The notes under the pieces were generated by a model. It did no database searches. It saw only the letters and a list, made by a program, of their open reading frames with translations, and was not told the DNA's origin. A program made the translations under genes and the position numbers. This document shows, piece after piece, positions 37,871 to 52,969 of a stretch of DNA of 64,000 nucleotides (position 1 is the first letter of the stretch; the number at the start of each line of letters is the position of its first letter). The DNA lies in assembly GCA_040954595.2 (NCBI GenBank), contig CM082598.2, forward strand, positions 3,231,154-3,295,153, written 5' to 3'. Origin of the DNA: Balanoglossus misakiensis (lineage: Eukaryota; Animalia; Hemichordata).

Positions 37871-38957
37871 AAAAGTGATTATTAACATGACACACACAGT
37901 TAATACTTTGAGCAAAGAATATACAAGAGTGAGAAAACCTCCATTTGTTTTTATAACATCTACCCATTGATAAAAATCAACATCCAAACCAATGTATTTA
38001 GTATCAAAAGTTTCACTTTGTGAATAAACTTCAACGGTTACCATTTTCGTAGAAGATATCTGTAATTTTAAAGTGGCATACTGGAAATATGGAATTTCTG
38101 TTAAGATTTATTTTGACTGTAAAATTTGATGTTCTTCCACCTTGTATAACCAGTGTAATTAATATCAAATTCTGTACAGAGGGAAAAATTTCTCCATCAA
38201 ATCGCACTCACTGGTGACGATTTGGTAATTTCTATTTATCGTTCAAAAGTTTCAATGACAAGAAACTGCATTCTTTTCATAAAACAAATTGCAATAAAAC
38301 AGTACAGTCATAGGATAATAATGAAGCACAAGTTTACACAAACTTTAAGCGAGTAAATGAACCATGTTGACGTGTGTTTTTATGGGATTTGAACCAAAAC
38401 CAATCCTTGTAGCTATCAGAACTCGACAATACAATCTGAAGATCATTCTGAATATTACCATTACATGTCGCCAAGTGGTCTGTGTTCTGTTTTATACATA
38501 ATATTCAACTATAGAATTGTATTCTGTTTTCTTTGAATCTGAACCTTGGAGCGATATTTTCTAGTGTATCATTACACCAAATCAAACTTAGTAAAATTAA
38601 AATCATACTAATGCTTTATATATGTACACAACGCAAAAAACAAACAACTGCAAAATCTGAAGTTATTTTGGACGGAATGAGCAACACATATATAAGATGC
38701 ATTTAATGATTGTTTTAGAATTCCTTGTTTTCAAACACATTATTTTCAGTAGCATCAACACTGTTTCAAACTGACAATAAATATGTAACTTTTTTCCAAC
38801 ATTTTGATTTCGTGTTTATCTGAGTAAATACTAGTCTTGAATATCACTCCATGAAAAGAGCGCTTAGTCCTGTGTGCTAATAAACTATGACGGCCTCTTT
38901 GGAGATTATTCTGCTGAACATGGATTTCTTCTTTTTGTGTGTCCTGTTTGTACTGCA

Positions 38958-41900
38958 TCACTTGTACGTCAAAAAATAAGGTATGCAGGCAAGGTATTCC
39001 ACTTTATCGATGGTTGAATTGGCGCCCTGATGAGAGAAATAACAGCCATACTAAATAAAGCGGTTCCTAATGTTCAGATAAATCATAGTATTCAACATTT
39101 TAAATGTTTTGTATGCATCTGGTAATTCAACAATTTTATACACCATTAACTATGGTACTCTATCGTTCAATATGTTTCTGATTTCCAACAGTATGCAATG
39201 TCCAAATTAGCTGGTGCTTGTGTGTGTGTCATGACCGATGAGACAAGGAACAGTTTGTGTCTTCAAGATAAATTTTCATAACTGTTAATGTAATACCCAT
39301 GCAAATCTCACCAAGTGTTTACTTCACACTGTATTTCATGCACAACTAACCTTGTCCATATCCCTCAGTATGCGTCTGAAATCTCTCTCTTTGATTTCTT
39401 TTTCTAACGCCGATGATAGTATGCCTTGTAGAGAATCCACAGAAATTGATCCTGTTTGACGTCGATCCACTGAACCATACAATTCCTATCATAGAGAATT
39501 TCAGAGTTCCGTTTTTATACTGTAAATCAGACAAGGGTAAGGCTAGGCACAGAAATTATGCAGCTGGTATTCATGACCTGGTGAATGTATACATGTACAG
39601 GTCAGTTGGAAAACGGATATGTAATAAAGGCAAGATATGTTTGATATGTGTGCTTAAAATTCAACTTACCACATATTGTATAATATCTTGCTCTAATGAC
39701 CTAAAATCTATATCATCATACGACCGGATCAGGTTCCCCCTCTGCTTCACCATTGTATCACACAAACACATGACGGTCATGAATTCTTCGACGCCAAAAA
39801 ATGTACTCGAACTGGTGAGCTCATACACCTAAGTTTGAAAGTAAAACTATGATAAATACTTTCAGGGGAAATGGAAAATTTAACATTGTGATGAATGCCC
39901 TATTTCAAGAGACGTGGAATTACTCATTGTACAAAAGATAATATTTATCAGTGGAAATCAATAGGTGTCATTGCTGAGAGTTCAGACATGAACATACAAT
40001 TGTAAATGATAATGTCTGGTCATACCCATATCAGTGTTTATAACCATATGACGCCACACTTTTTTTGAGTAGCACCAATCTGGAAAACCATGATTGGAAG
40101 CTGAATGGCGACCAAGGAACTTTAAAATCACATCTGGCAAAAATGATATACTTTTTCAGGGCCATTTATATGTTCTGCACAGCCTAACACCATAAGCCAA
40201 TAATTCATGCAATATATTACAACCAATATATAATATACAACAATATTACAGATTATTAAAATGTAGATTTATACTGGTGCAGATGAAAATGACATTAATC
40301 AATATAAATATTAGTTGATATGAATGACAATACGGAAATATACTTTAACAGAGAGTGAATGACAAAGCCACTGAAGTTGCATCTTATGGTTTGTGGCATC
40401 ATCAAGCAGGCTGATATACAAACATGCATAATTGACACCGATTTATATCCATGGTAAATTAGTTCTGTGGAAATTAATTTCTGATGATACCAGAGCGAGG
40501 CGGCGTTACAAGTGAACAGGTGACCTGAACTTGGAATGGAAAACATGTACTAAACACAAAGTCTTGCAAAAATAGTACATGTATAGCGTAAATATCCTGA
40601 CAGAGTTAAAAATGTTTTGATTTTACAGAGAATCCCTCTATAGTCATATCTGAAAAGTTTTAGTCTTTTCTTGTACTTATCCAGAGGTAAAATTTAACAA
40701 ATTTGGTCTGACTGGTGCCTAAAAACTCAAATGTGCAATGCATTTGTGAACAACAAAATCCGTCAGCTAAACAAAAACATAGGTGTGTGAGAGAAAAAGA
40801 CTCCATGGTCAAAATGGTGATCACACATAAGTGTGCAAAAGATAAAAATAAGACTTCCCACCTAGAACAGATTTTTGTCTGGTTCAAATAGAATTGTGCA
40901 TTAATTGTCCTTTACTGATAACAAGTTACAGGTTTCGATTTTTGAGAAACTGCAGTGTTCACATATAAATTGATCAAAGAATGAACTCACCCAATTAAAA
41001 ACACTTTGCTATGTTGAATCATATTAGGAAAACAAAATGTTCATATCAGAAATTTCATAGTGCAAAAAATGTGACTGGTGCAAATCCACACACCTATGCA
41101 CATGTAAAATGCTGACATTAAGTGAAAGTCTGTGTTCAAAGTTGGATCACGTACGACAGATCAATCAGTGAGGTGTCAAAAACAATCAAATTTACATTGA
41201 AGATTCAATTGAATGATAACACATAGCGTCAGCCGTCTTCCCTGTATTCATGCAAAGAATTTTTATCACTTATGACAAGAAATGTTAAGGGAATCTAACT
41301 AAATTTCCTCCTCGATCAAATGCCCACATATTTGTGGACAAATGCATGTACAACTCAAGTGTGTCGTATGTTGGCATGAGCAGATATTGTTGTACTTAAA
41401 ACAACAAAAAGCACATGGTCATTTCTATATCCAATTATAGCATAGAGCAATGTAGAAGCTAGCTGCAGCAGCAAAATATAACCTTCAACAAGCTCCCTCT
41501 ATTATTAATGCAAGTTATGCAGCACAGTTAAATTTCATCCTTATTAAACCTTAAGATATCGTTTAACAAAAAGCTATACATTTATACATACATATATACA
41601 TGTATAAACAAATCTATTGCACTTTCTCAATTGGGTAGAAACTTGAAAGTTGATAAAGATCTGCTACTTTTAATCTTTTATCAGTTGTCATTATTCAACC
41701 AAGTTATCAATCGTATTAAAAATATTGATCAAATTGATAAATAGGTCAAGGAATTGCTCACATATTTTAAACATTAAATTGTTCAAACCCAACTACATGC
41801 AAAAGGCCAGTTAAAACTAACTGTTTTGGAAAGTCTGAAGAGAAAAGTTAGAAAGTTAATTATGTGTTTCAAAAGTGTTAAAATGCTTCTATTTTATATA

Positions 41901-44900
41901 CATCAGTCATTATACTTGTGATCAAATTTGCGGAATAGGAAAAGTGAATCAAAATAGTAGATTACTGTGGTTTAACTGCAGAGTTAGTGCGGTTGGTTAT
42001 TTTTATTGTAGCAGTATTATTTTCCTCTCGGTAGTTTTTTTTGATACACAACTTTTCAGGCAAAATTCCAAATTGGCATTTCAATAATATAAAAATATCT
42101 CAATTCCATCATTCCTTACAACTTTTTATAAACTGGAAACTGTGGATAGTAATCACTCTTTAAGAACACAGTTAAGGCAATTTTGCCATAGAATTTGGAA
42201 TTGGTTTTGAATTCTAAGGCTAGTAGTTGGAGATGTATTTTTAAATGTTCCTGTTATCACCTTCACATGAATTCACCAGTTCAATATATCCCGAGTATTA
42301 AACAAACATCCTAATACTTTTGTACAGTACAAACAAAGTCAGAGCACTATTAAGTTTATTTAATAAACCTGTTAAGAAAATTTGATGTTTTTTTCCAAAC
42401 CACCATAGAAAAAGTTCAGCATAGTATTTCTGTTGTTTTTACTGATTTTAGGTAAATTGGTATGTGTACTTAATTTTTTTAAAGTCTGCATCGCAGTTTT
42501 CGTGCAACAAGTGCAGAAAGAATATAAAAAAAAATTGTAGAGCTAGGGAGACTTACCCTGTAAAGCTATATTATTGGTTGATGATGATGAGGTCATCAAT
42601 ATTGGACACAATGTAGCATGCAAGCATGCAGAAAAGAAAAACCAGAACACACAAGTTTTTACTACACTGGATGCTAGAAAACAAAAATCTGCCGTCTACG
42701 ATGCAAGAAAAATGATCCCATTAGAACATGGTTAGCATGTTTTAGTGCAAAGTTTTGTTAAATATCATACAACATTGTGCGGTTTAGTAAAATTGCCTTT
42801 TTTCATAACTCTACACAAAATAAAACAATAAATGTATAAGTTTACATCAGCTTGATGTATTAAGAACACAGGCGATTTTGTGAGGTGTGTTGCATGATAA
42901 GTTCTGTCAAAACTTATAAATTCTGTGCCCGGACGGTGAAAATAACAATAATTTAGCAAAGTGTACACAGATGACGAAAATTCCATTTCCTTAGTAGCCA
43001 CCATGTTTTTTTTCTCTTTCAAGCAACACAAGATTATTGTCTAAGATATTTGCCTCAACCAGACACTTTTTACCCCCAAGAATTTGAATTACACTGCAAG
43101 AAGCATGCAACCCCCATCACAAGGCAAACATATTTTTCATGTATGAATTTACAGCCACAGAGGACAAAATCTGAAAAGAAAGATAGTAGTTACTTTATCT
43201 TTGCTTTACTCACCTCTTTAAGATACTTTTGCTGTGATTTTGATAATTCTTTTGGTAATGCAGAAGACATCTCTGGGTATGTAATATGCCTGCAAAATAA
43301 GTAGTTTTGAAATATAATACAAATATGAGAATTGGTTCCAGACTGATTTTGCCAGATTCACCCTTTTCACCACCATGGTTTGACCCATATACAATGTGTT
43401 CTACAGTAAAGTTAGACCTGTAAAGTGTGAACTGGGGGTGAGAGGCTAACAGCAACAGTTGGTGATAGGTTCTAAATAACTTCCCTTGCATCTATACTAA
43501 AACTACTCCTGTGACGAACAAAATGAGGACACCATTACCATACAGTTGTCAAAAGTGATCTGACTTATACTTACCCATCCTTGTTGCTATCTAATTTTTG
43601 GAAGATCTTTGTTAATTCTTGTTTTCTTTCTGCCGATATATGCAGGGAAAGGTCTACCGATCGCAGAGGGTTTGGCGAGACACTTTTAACAGGGCTAAAA
43701 CTAGTCGGCTTTAATTCAGTATTTTCATTTTCGTCTGCGTCTGGTGTTACATCTATTTCCATTTCAGACTCTGGCCTGGAAATAAAAATTGACGAAACAA
43801 AAAGTGTTACACAATGCTCCAAAAATGTTTTGTCAGTGGAAAATAAATAATAATTATGTTATTTGAAGACACAAATACATGTACATATGCTTCACATAAG
43901 AATTCTGAAAAAAATATTATTTTGCTTCTGACAACATAATAAAAATGCCTTAATATTCTCCTTTTTATAGCCTGTTGATGTGTATCAGTTGATTGTTGTT
44001 TACATTCAGTTGTTTACAAATTTGAATTCAAGTACATAATAATTTGTCAAAAGTTTCTGCTAGTATGAACTTTACTCTAGGACTTATACTGACAGCAAGT
44101 CTTTACTGACTGAATATTTCAATGTACGTTAGATACCTGTCATCCACAGGAGGTGGGGACACTGGCTTTTCTTCTGTTTCCATGGCATTCTCAGGTTCAT
44201 TTTGGGGAACTTCAACTCTGATATGAAGACACAGAAAAGAAGGAATCATTATCAGATCTGTATCAATCAAGATTCCTCTCAAAGTTCTCCAAATTAGGTA
44301 GACAATTGTGATGTCAGATTTTGACACAAATAAATAATGCCACTAGAGTATAATATAAAGGAATTTCAAAAACACCTATGCATAAAGTTAGAATACACCA
44401 CTAAGTGAAGTCAACAATTTAACAACACCTTCATGAACAGGAAAGTGGTGAAACACCAACTAGTTACAGTAGTAGCAGTAGTTATTTATTAAGACTAGAG
44501 CAAAACACCAAGCCTCAACAGGCTTATTATTCACTTTAAAAACAAAGTTAACATATCTGAGAAAAACTGTTCCCAATGTGGACTTTACAGGGAAAACAGC
44601 TAAACCTTCAAAAACAAAAATACATGACTGAAAAGCCAGCTACAGTTTTTTTTAATGTGTTACAATTAACAGAGAACAAACTACCTGGGTGGTTTGGGTT
44701 TTTCCGGTTCTATTTGTGTTTGCGCTTCCTTCTTCTTGTTCTCCTGGGAGTTTGATTCCCGCTTCGATTCCCGGCTGTCGTTCAGACTTTCTTTCCGCTT
44801 GCTGTCTCGCCGCTTCACATTGGTCGACTGCCGCTTGATCTTGGCCGGCGGTTGGACCTTGAGGTTCTCTGCTCGTTCGTCTCTCTCTGGCTGTCGGACT

Positions 44901-47900
44901 TCTTCCGTCTGGACTGTAAATGTGTTCACCCGACTGGCTGGTGGGGGTAGAGGGACGGGTGGTATGACCACTGGTGGCGGGGGCTTATTTGAAGAGTGAG
45001 ACCTGTACACATGAAAATAAAGGTAAATAAAATTGATTTGATATATCTGTAAACTATCCATTCTTCCTTCAAAATGGCAAGAAAACCAACATCCTTGGAG
45101 TAGTAATCCTATCTTTACCTTCAACAAACTCAGACATGTCAAAAGTCAAATTTATAGGCTTTCAAACAATGTGATTGTTACTTCTAATACACTGTAGTGT
45201 AACTGCTACAATGTACATCTTTGCAAACAATGTGGTTGTTACTTTGTATTACACTGTAGTGTAACTGCTAAAATGTACATCATTGCAAACAATATGGTTG
45301 TTACTTTGTATTACATTGTAGTGTAACTGCTAAAATGTACATCATTGCAAACAATGTGGTTGTTACTTTGTATTACACTGTAGTGTAACTGCTACAATGT
45401 ACATCATTGCAAACAATGTCATTGTTACTGTATAATATATTACATTCTCCATCATGGCAAACAATGTATCATTATTTTTTATCACATTTCCAAGTTATTC
45501 TGATATAGCATGAATTGGTGTGAGTGCCAGCAATGCCAAAGATGTGTTTATAAACAGAAAAGTCACATGGTATATACAAGTTCAGACAACCTTCCCCTTG
45601 AAATGACATAGTGTTAACTTACGGTGGCAATTTTATTCCCCTGCCTGTATAAAGTTCTTGACATTCTGGCGGTAGTACTGGCACTGATTTGAGTTTGTCC
45701 AACTCAGCAGCATAGTCCATTCTGAAAAACACAATGAACACATAAGCTCATACTCTTCAAATGATTTAGTTTCACTGTTTTGATGTCTAAGGCACATTCA
45801 CTAGGTTTTTAATTCACAGATTTGACTATATAACTATGATTCCATTGTAATTTTACATTTTCACTCAATTTTACATATTTTGTTCACTCACTTTTCATGA
45901 AATTTTGTGGTGGCTCCATCTACAGCTAACTCTGTGTAATGTACTCGGTGTGGGATCACTTCCCTCTTTCTCTTTAATCCTCGCACTTCTTCAAGATGAA
46001 CCTCTTCTTCCAAGAACTTGTTCCTCTGGCACGGTCTAAAAAACAAAGGAACAAAAATTGATATTTTAAGGGGACACTATTACAAAGAACCAATGTGCTC
46101 TCTGAGCCAGTACTGACTCAAAAGATTCACTGGTGACACTTCACATGCAAAGGTATGGGACAAAGTTAATTTTGAGCAAAAGACAAAGTGATAAATTTCT
46201 CAATATAAATATAAATATACTTACTCAATAAGTAGACTTGTTTGAGTTCTTTGTATAGGATCCCAGAGGAATGGTCTGGTGTGAAATGGGACGGATTTCG
46301 TCTTGACTAATCTTGGTCCTACAGCTCCAAAGGACTCTTGGTGGCGCTTGCTCAGTGGTACACTCCTTATCATTGTTGAAGATCTGGAGAAGGAGGGAAA
46401 AAAACATGCTATTTATCATACAATCCTTTAAACTCTGCTGGGGGTTCAATCCCACATGCCATTAGAGTACATGAGGTCAAGGTACAAGGGGTCAACCCAT
46501 TTACTGCCGGCCATAATGAAAATCTATGTAGCCACAGGGCATGAACCCAGTGTCCAAATTTCAATGGTTGGAAATGGAGTGGCAGTATTCTGACAGCTTA
46601 AGCAAATAACACCAATTCTTTAACGTGAGACTGAACACCCAGTTGTCATGTCAACCACCTGTTGATTTCAAACTTGTGATTGAAAATAACCCCTTTAATC
46701 ATCAATCTTTGGAATAACCTCTAGTGTTTTCAACAGCATGGTAGACCTATACATATGAAAGAAGGGATGCAAGGGTTATCATTATCTAATCTGTGTGATA
46801 TTTACCCTGTAAAGACTTAATATCAAACCATTGAAAAAACCAACATTATCAACATATTAGTTCTATACTAACCCTCTATGATAAAGAATAATCGGCAACT
46901 TTATAGACTAGTCTGATAAATCACTTTAACAATAGGGAGTCGAACAAACACAAACTCCAGATAGCAAACTGGGCCAATCAATACGTACAAACAAAAGATT
47001 GACCATATATCTACCATTTAAATGGCCTGTCATCTCTATTGGAATGTTCGGTATTCAAGTGACCTGTTCGACTTCAAGAACCTGAATCCAAAATCCTAAC
47101 ATGTAAAAAATTAAACTGAAAACTTCAGTGAAATAGTTTTGTAGCCAAAAAAATATATACAACAAAAAACGCCTCGTCTGTCATTGATCATGGTAGATCT
47201 GCATAAACCAACAAAGAGGCAGTCACTACATTAAAAAAGTAATTTTGCAGAGACTAAGAAAATGCCAGTAAATGGCAGTTAAAACTAAAAGGTCAAAGTT
47301 ATTGAACTTTCGCAACAGGAAAACAGCTGCTTCACTTTACTTCAGCGATTCATTTAATCACAGGAAACGTTTTACTGCATTTACAATATATGCCATTCAG
47401 CCTCAGGCAAAATTCCATTTCATGGAAGGAGTTCGACGTCAATCTAAAAATTTCTTTTGCTCCTGCAGTGGTATTAAAATGGCAAAATGGGAAGTTAACT
47501 GCCTGTAACCATTACAAGAATAAGGTTAATCATGTTATTTGTTGTATTCAGAATTTGCAGTGCTTAATATGACGGCAAATGTCGCAAGCTGCCTTAAGTC
47601 ATATTACGTGCTTGACTATTCTGTTTTACTAGTATTCCATTTCAAATCACTGAATGTTTGGTAATACGTATACATTTTCAATGTATTCAAGCTACATGTA
47701 TGGTGGCCTTGTCTCCTGAATCAAATTTCCATTAGTTAATCAAAATACATAATGACTGCCAAGTTCTGCCGTACAGAAATTTCCAATTTCGAAAATGTGT
47801 ACCTTAGAAAATAACACAAAATTTCTATACACATAAAATTTAAAATTCATCATACTAGTTTTAATGAGGCAACACTTTCTGGCCGGAACCCTAGACTACA

Positions 47901-50900
47901 TATGTGGATGGCTGCAGTTTGTTACCAGAAACTGAAAGTCACATTCTTAAGTTTTAAAATATATTAATATGTAAATTCTGTCCCCTAATTGGGACAATTC
48001 ACCGAATATGCAGTGAGTGTCTCGTGTGTCTGCTACTACTATAAAGTACAGTTAACTTATACTTGCGAGTAAAAAAAGTGTCTTGTGACCTTTGTCAAAT
48101 TTGAAGACATTGTCATCGAAGTATTGATGTGGACTGACAAAATCAAGAAAGCAGTGTTTACACATACAACAGGATAGTGGAAAAGGAAATCAAATAGTCC
48201 CTACGTCTGGAATTTTGAAAGGGTCCAGCTGACTATGAGTTTTTAAGGTATTCTTTCGTGTCTTGGAGGGTAACCTTGTATGGGTCTAGTATACACCTAG
48301 ATGGAACATGGGCCGTATAATGTGTACAGTACACACACTACAACAACAAAATCCGAAACAAAATACCCAACAATTCTAACATCTTGACGTAAAACCCCCA
48401 GAAATCCTGACGCTGCGTTCACTCCAGATTGGAATAAGGTCATATTAAATTTGACTTTGTCCAAATAAATTTGACATTAACGTCATTTTTTATATTTCTG
48501 CAATAAAAAGAAATGACAATTGTACAGGATTGTACAGCCATATTCAGGTAACCACAAAATACATTGACATCTTGTACTTTGCCGCATCAAATAACTTCCT
48601 GTCCACCAAACAGATTAAGAACTAGGTATATTGATTGTTAGGTCTGACTTGGCACAAGGCAAAGTCATCGATCAACACAATAAAGCTATTGAAAGCCATC
48701 AACAATAGTAAGGGTTTAAGCCCATGGCAATACCATGGCCATTAAGTCTCCAGTCTGCACAAGGGCAAATTGTATCTTGTACCTGTAGTCCATATGGCTA
48801 CTATAAGATTATAGGATACGACTACAGGCTCCTTAGGACATGTAAAGTATATCAGAACTAAGTTTTTGAACTGGGTCAGCTTTGAGCTAACCCAGGGCCA
48901 GCCAAAATAATGTCACAATCCACCAAATGAATGTTATTATTATAAGGGAACATTTAACCCTTTAACATAATCTCAGACATGGAGAGATTTGCTTACCTGA
49001 AGTTTTTAGCTTGGAAAGGCATAGGATCGGGGTTGAACTGATTGGCGGTATCTGTGGTGTCATCAATTATTGAGGTGCCAGCATTCAGACTCGCCTCTTG
49101 TTTCCTTTGACCATAGTGGGAAGACATCTGCTGAAGAAAGAGAATATTACATGTAACTAAAATTCACATTTCTAAAACTCATGTACAGTATAGTATATGA
49201 ATATGATAATTTCATTTTTACATATATATAAAACGTTTTTGCACATTTTTGGCACATTTTTACATCTGGCCATGGTAGTGACAATGATGGACTACAATTT
49301 TGGCAGACCTGTGTAGACTGTTGGATACTTTCGTGAAAATTTTTGAAACGTTTCCAAGTCTCTGCACAATTTGGACAATTTTATTCTGTTAATCACGTCC
49401 GTCTGTTTGTTTGTTTACGCTAGTTTCTATGGTTCACTGTGGAGTAACGGAATACCTTCGAGTGCCGAATACATTGTCCGGTAACGCATTAAAAGCGTCT
49501 GGGGTCAGAGGTCAAATGAAAAACGCGCCCCGAGCCATTTCGGTGTTTATGGGGTGACATGTTAAAGTTACTCAATCACAATATTTCATCTCCTATTATG
49601 GCACACGCTCTCTAAAAAAAATTGGTTGGTTACAAACAATCGGTGTTAAAGTATCCTAAGGCAGTAGAATTCACAGGTTTCGGAGTGCGGCTCCAATTGT
49701 CTGAGTAGACATTTTCATTGTTCTTTGACACCCATCAAAGTAATCGCCGAGACTTTTGCAACTTATCTATAACAAAAGATACATCTAGATAAAATTAACA
49801 AGCTACTTTAACTTATCTGTTTTATATGCAAGTTTGAACTGAGAAAAAAATGAAGGTTTATGTATTGAATAAAGACTTTTTTGCAAACATGTTCTTAAAT
49901 TAATTTCAGAGACGTTTTTGAGCAATTATTCACAAATGGAAAATATATTGACATTACAGCCAATGACAATCAACATTTGCATCAACTTTTCAGATAATTT
50001 CAACATCAGGAAAGTGTTTCCCGAGTATTATCACAGGACTCTACATTTAGGGTATGATGACATTATTTTTGGGTGACTATGTATTGATCAAATTTGATGG
50101 TTGCTATGTGCTCAGAAACGGCTGGATGAGAATTTCTGCATGAGTAGCTTGCCAATGGAGCATGCACTGATAAATACTAGTTACGAGCTCCCTGCGTGAA
50201 TAATTTTCAATCATCCCTATAGGCATCTGACGTCAAAGTATTAAGTTGGAAGAATCACAGTAAAATCCTGACATTCTATTTGCACAGCCAGAAATCTTGC
50301 AAATGCGATTGTTGCAGATGTTTCGCTCCATTAATTTACTGTTCCTCCTGAATGCATTTCTGATAATACTGATATTTTGTCATTTTTATTAAAACAGGAA
50401 ATATTAGTAGAAAGGCAGCAAAGATTCATATCGCAAATGAATCAAGACCAATTTGAAATATGAGTATTATTACTGTCATTCAGCTGTATCTCATCATGGT
50501 TTGACTAGAAATATTTTAATTGCGATTTTGGAAAGGTTTGTGCATAAATGTAAACAAACATTTTAGATTATTGTTCAGTTTACACCATATCACAGAAAAT
50601 AACTTGATGGGGAACGCTAAATTAAATCATGTATGGGCCTAACAATTATGTAGAATCACAATTTGCCACAGTGCCACTTATTGTATTCTAAAACAAACAC
50701 ATTAACCATATCAGCAAACAACGTTCAGCTAAATGGGTTTTAACAACTATTAAGTGGGATATAATCACATGAAATAGCAATTTCATTTATGGCATCATTG
50801 CTAGTAGTTTTTGGTATTTTATTAACATATATATATCGCTCAAAACAGACGGCAAATATTGTTGACCTGACCCTACATAACCACCACAGACATTCACAAT

Positions 50901-51854
50901 ATCCTCATTGTCGATTTTAAAGTGTACTATTTCAAAGTGAAATAAATATCTGAAACGGGCACGTAACATGTTCATGTTTGGCTTGAAAATATTAGCTTTA
51001 AAAGTTGTTTAACTGCATTAAGGCATTGCCCTGCAGGAATAAAGTTGCAGAGATTAAGTGATCATGATATATTTGAGCCACCACCTACAAGCACCTGTTG
51101 GGCCTATCAATTTTGGGCCAGTGCTCAGCTACTTGTTCAGATTTCAAAGACCACTTGGCAGTTTATTGTCCGTTTGCAACACCGCAAAGTTCTTGGCTTT
51201 GAATTCTTCGCCAGCGCCTTGACAACGGGTTGAAAAGACGGCCTTGCTTTGACACGAGACCAACTGAAGGAGGGGCTGCTTTACTCAAAATTACAGAGCT
51301 AACCTATCACAATACACAATGTGCATGAAGCACAGTGTATAGTTGTCAAGTCATAAAAACATGTAAATAATTGAAAAGAGAAAGTATAAATAAAATATTA
51401 TACTAAACTAAATTTCGGATTGAGTTGTTATCACACAAAATGACACTTTTTCGTGACTTACTTTACTTAAACAAATGCAAAATTGAATTCTTTAATTCTT
51501 AACTAAGCAAGGACAACTGTACACTAATACAGGTGTACAACTTCACGGACACCTGTTGCACATAAGAAGCCACACAAGTTTTGGAGATCGCCTTACCTTT
51601 GGAAGCCTGGCGGTGCGTACATTTGTCGCTTCTCGGCGGTACTCCGACTTCGTCGCGGCGCTGGAGAGTTCAACAAGCCTCGGCAACCGGTCGAATTCTA
51701 TGTGGGGTGTCGATTTGTTCAGGGATACACCAGAATCGTGCGACCTGGTCGGCGACGGACTATACAAGTGCATATGTGCGATGGACGGGAATACCTGCTT
51801 GGTCTGTTCGCCGGTGTCCGCAACATGCTCCGACATGGTCCGGACCAGTTCCAT
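38958..51854 (-). CDS. Uncharacterised EF-hand protein (~610 aa): long disordered Pro/Glu/Lys-rich N-terminus and a C-terminal calmodulin-like region
   Basis: Coding exons 51854-51597, 49130-48997, 46383-46225, 46035-45892, 45721-45623, 45002-44685, 44217-44137, 43775-43575, 43289-43214, 39828-39670, 39485-39351, 39026-38958; all GT-AG, phases match, no internal stop (1833 nt). Canonical EF loop DSNKDGHITYPE spans a splice junction; degenerate loops DRRQTGSISVDS and DKGANSTIDKVE. Probable 5'UTR intron at 51930-51865. Confidence 0.82.
43357..43449. mobile_element. ~90-bp piggyBac-like MITE, diverged copy
   Basis: ttcacccttttcaccaccatggtt…gacctgtaaagtgtgaactgggggtgagaggctaa aligns with 54076-54167. 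Confidence 0.65.
45163..45430. repeat. 62-bp minisatellite, ~4.3 copies, intronic
   Basis: Unit caaacaatgtggttgttactttgtattacactgtagtgtaactgctaaaatgtacatcattg starts at 45163, 45224, 45286, 45348 and 45410; contains the hairpin TTACACT-GT-AGTGTAA. Confidence 0.92.
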
Positions 51855-52468
51855 TTGAAGTGTACTACAAGAAAATCGTCCAGACGACAACCCACACCCC
51901 GAAGTAGTGGCAAAACAGCCAAGTCCTTACCGCTGTCAGCGAGTCAGTGCAATGTTGTGTTTACACTCCGTCTCGTAGACACTACTTCCGTTCGCTCAGC
52001 TGGTGATGTTCGTTTCAAAACAACGCCGCCGGTCTCGACTTCTGGCACGTGACAGTACGAAGTATTATGCTCATGAAACTCTAATCTTCAGGATTCAACC
52101 CATGATATACCTAATACTTCGTAAAACTCCATAAATAAAGTCAATTTATAAGGGCTCGTAGTTGCGCTTAGATATCTACCCAGTAACGGAGCGTACATAG
52201 GACTGTTGTAAGCATGCGTAATAGGATGTTAATATATGCAAATCCTACTCAGATCGATTGTATTTTTTACTTCTATTGTAAAAAGCCCTTGTATTGGTTT
52301 GTTTATTGTTAAATAATCAAACTAAACGACAAAATAAACATAGCCAAAGACATAACCGTTCCTATGCACGCGACTTGTGGCGACATTTTACTTTTCTGTC
52401 GCGGGTAGGGCCGAAACAAAATGGGGTCAGCGTGCCTGACACCTGTTGCTGTAGACGCGCGTCCACTT

Positions 52469-52482
52469 GTTGCCATGGAGAC
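52469..52482. promoter_or_regulatory. RFX X-box-like motif upstream of the EF-hand gene
   Basis: GTTGCCATGGAGAC closely resembles the palindromic X-box GTTGCCATGGCAAC; lies in a CpG-richer patch 5' of the gene. Confidence 0.55.
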
Positions 52483-52937
52483 ATTAGCCCATTTTGGCAA
52501 GGTAATGACGCTTTTCCAGTGAAAAGCTCTTACCTATGGCTTATAAAAACGGTTTTCGCGAGTTTTTTAGGCTGGCGAGTTTGATAAATTCAAGTTAAGG
52601 TAAATCATTCATAATGTATGCACTGAGTAACACATATCATGCTGAGATCATGCACTAAGTATTTCAGTAAAAATGTGTGAGCATTTATTACCTAAGTGCT
52701 GAAATTTAGACGATGGTATAAACCATTTATGCTCACATGGGGTAAAAAGATTGTGGGAGGCAACATATGCATGTGTATTGTGCATATTCCTGAAGGGAAT
52801 TTCCGAATAGATTTGAAAATGGCACTTTATCTTAGGTCTATGAAATTAGGGACGCACAGAGAGTGGTCTGTACAAGAGGAACGACCAATGTGAACTACAG
52901 AGGACGCTGCAACACAGCGTCTTGGCAACCAGTCGAG

Positions 52938-52938
<1 letters not shown>

Positions 52939-52968
<30 letters not shown>
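52939..52968. repeat. Compound (TC)n(AC)n microsatellite
   Basis: Seen directly in the sequence. Confidence 0.9.
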
Positions 52969-52969
<1 letters not shown>

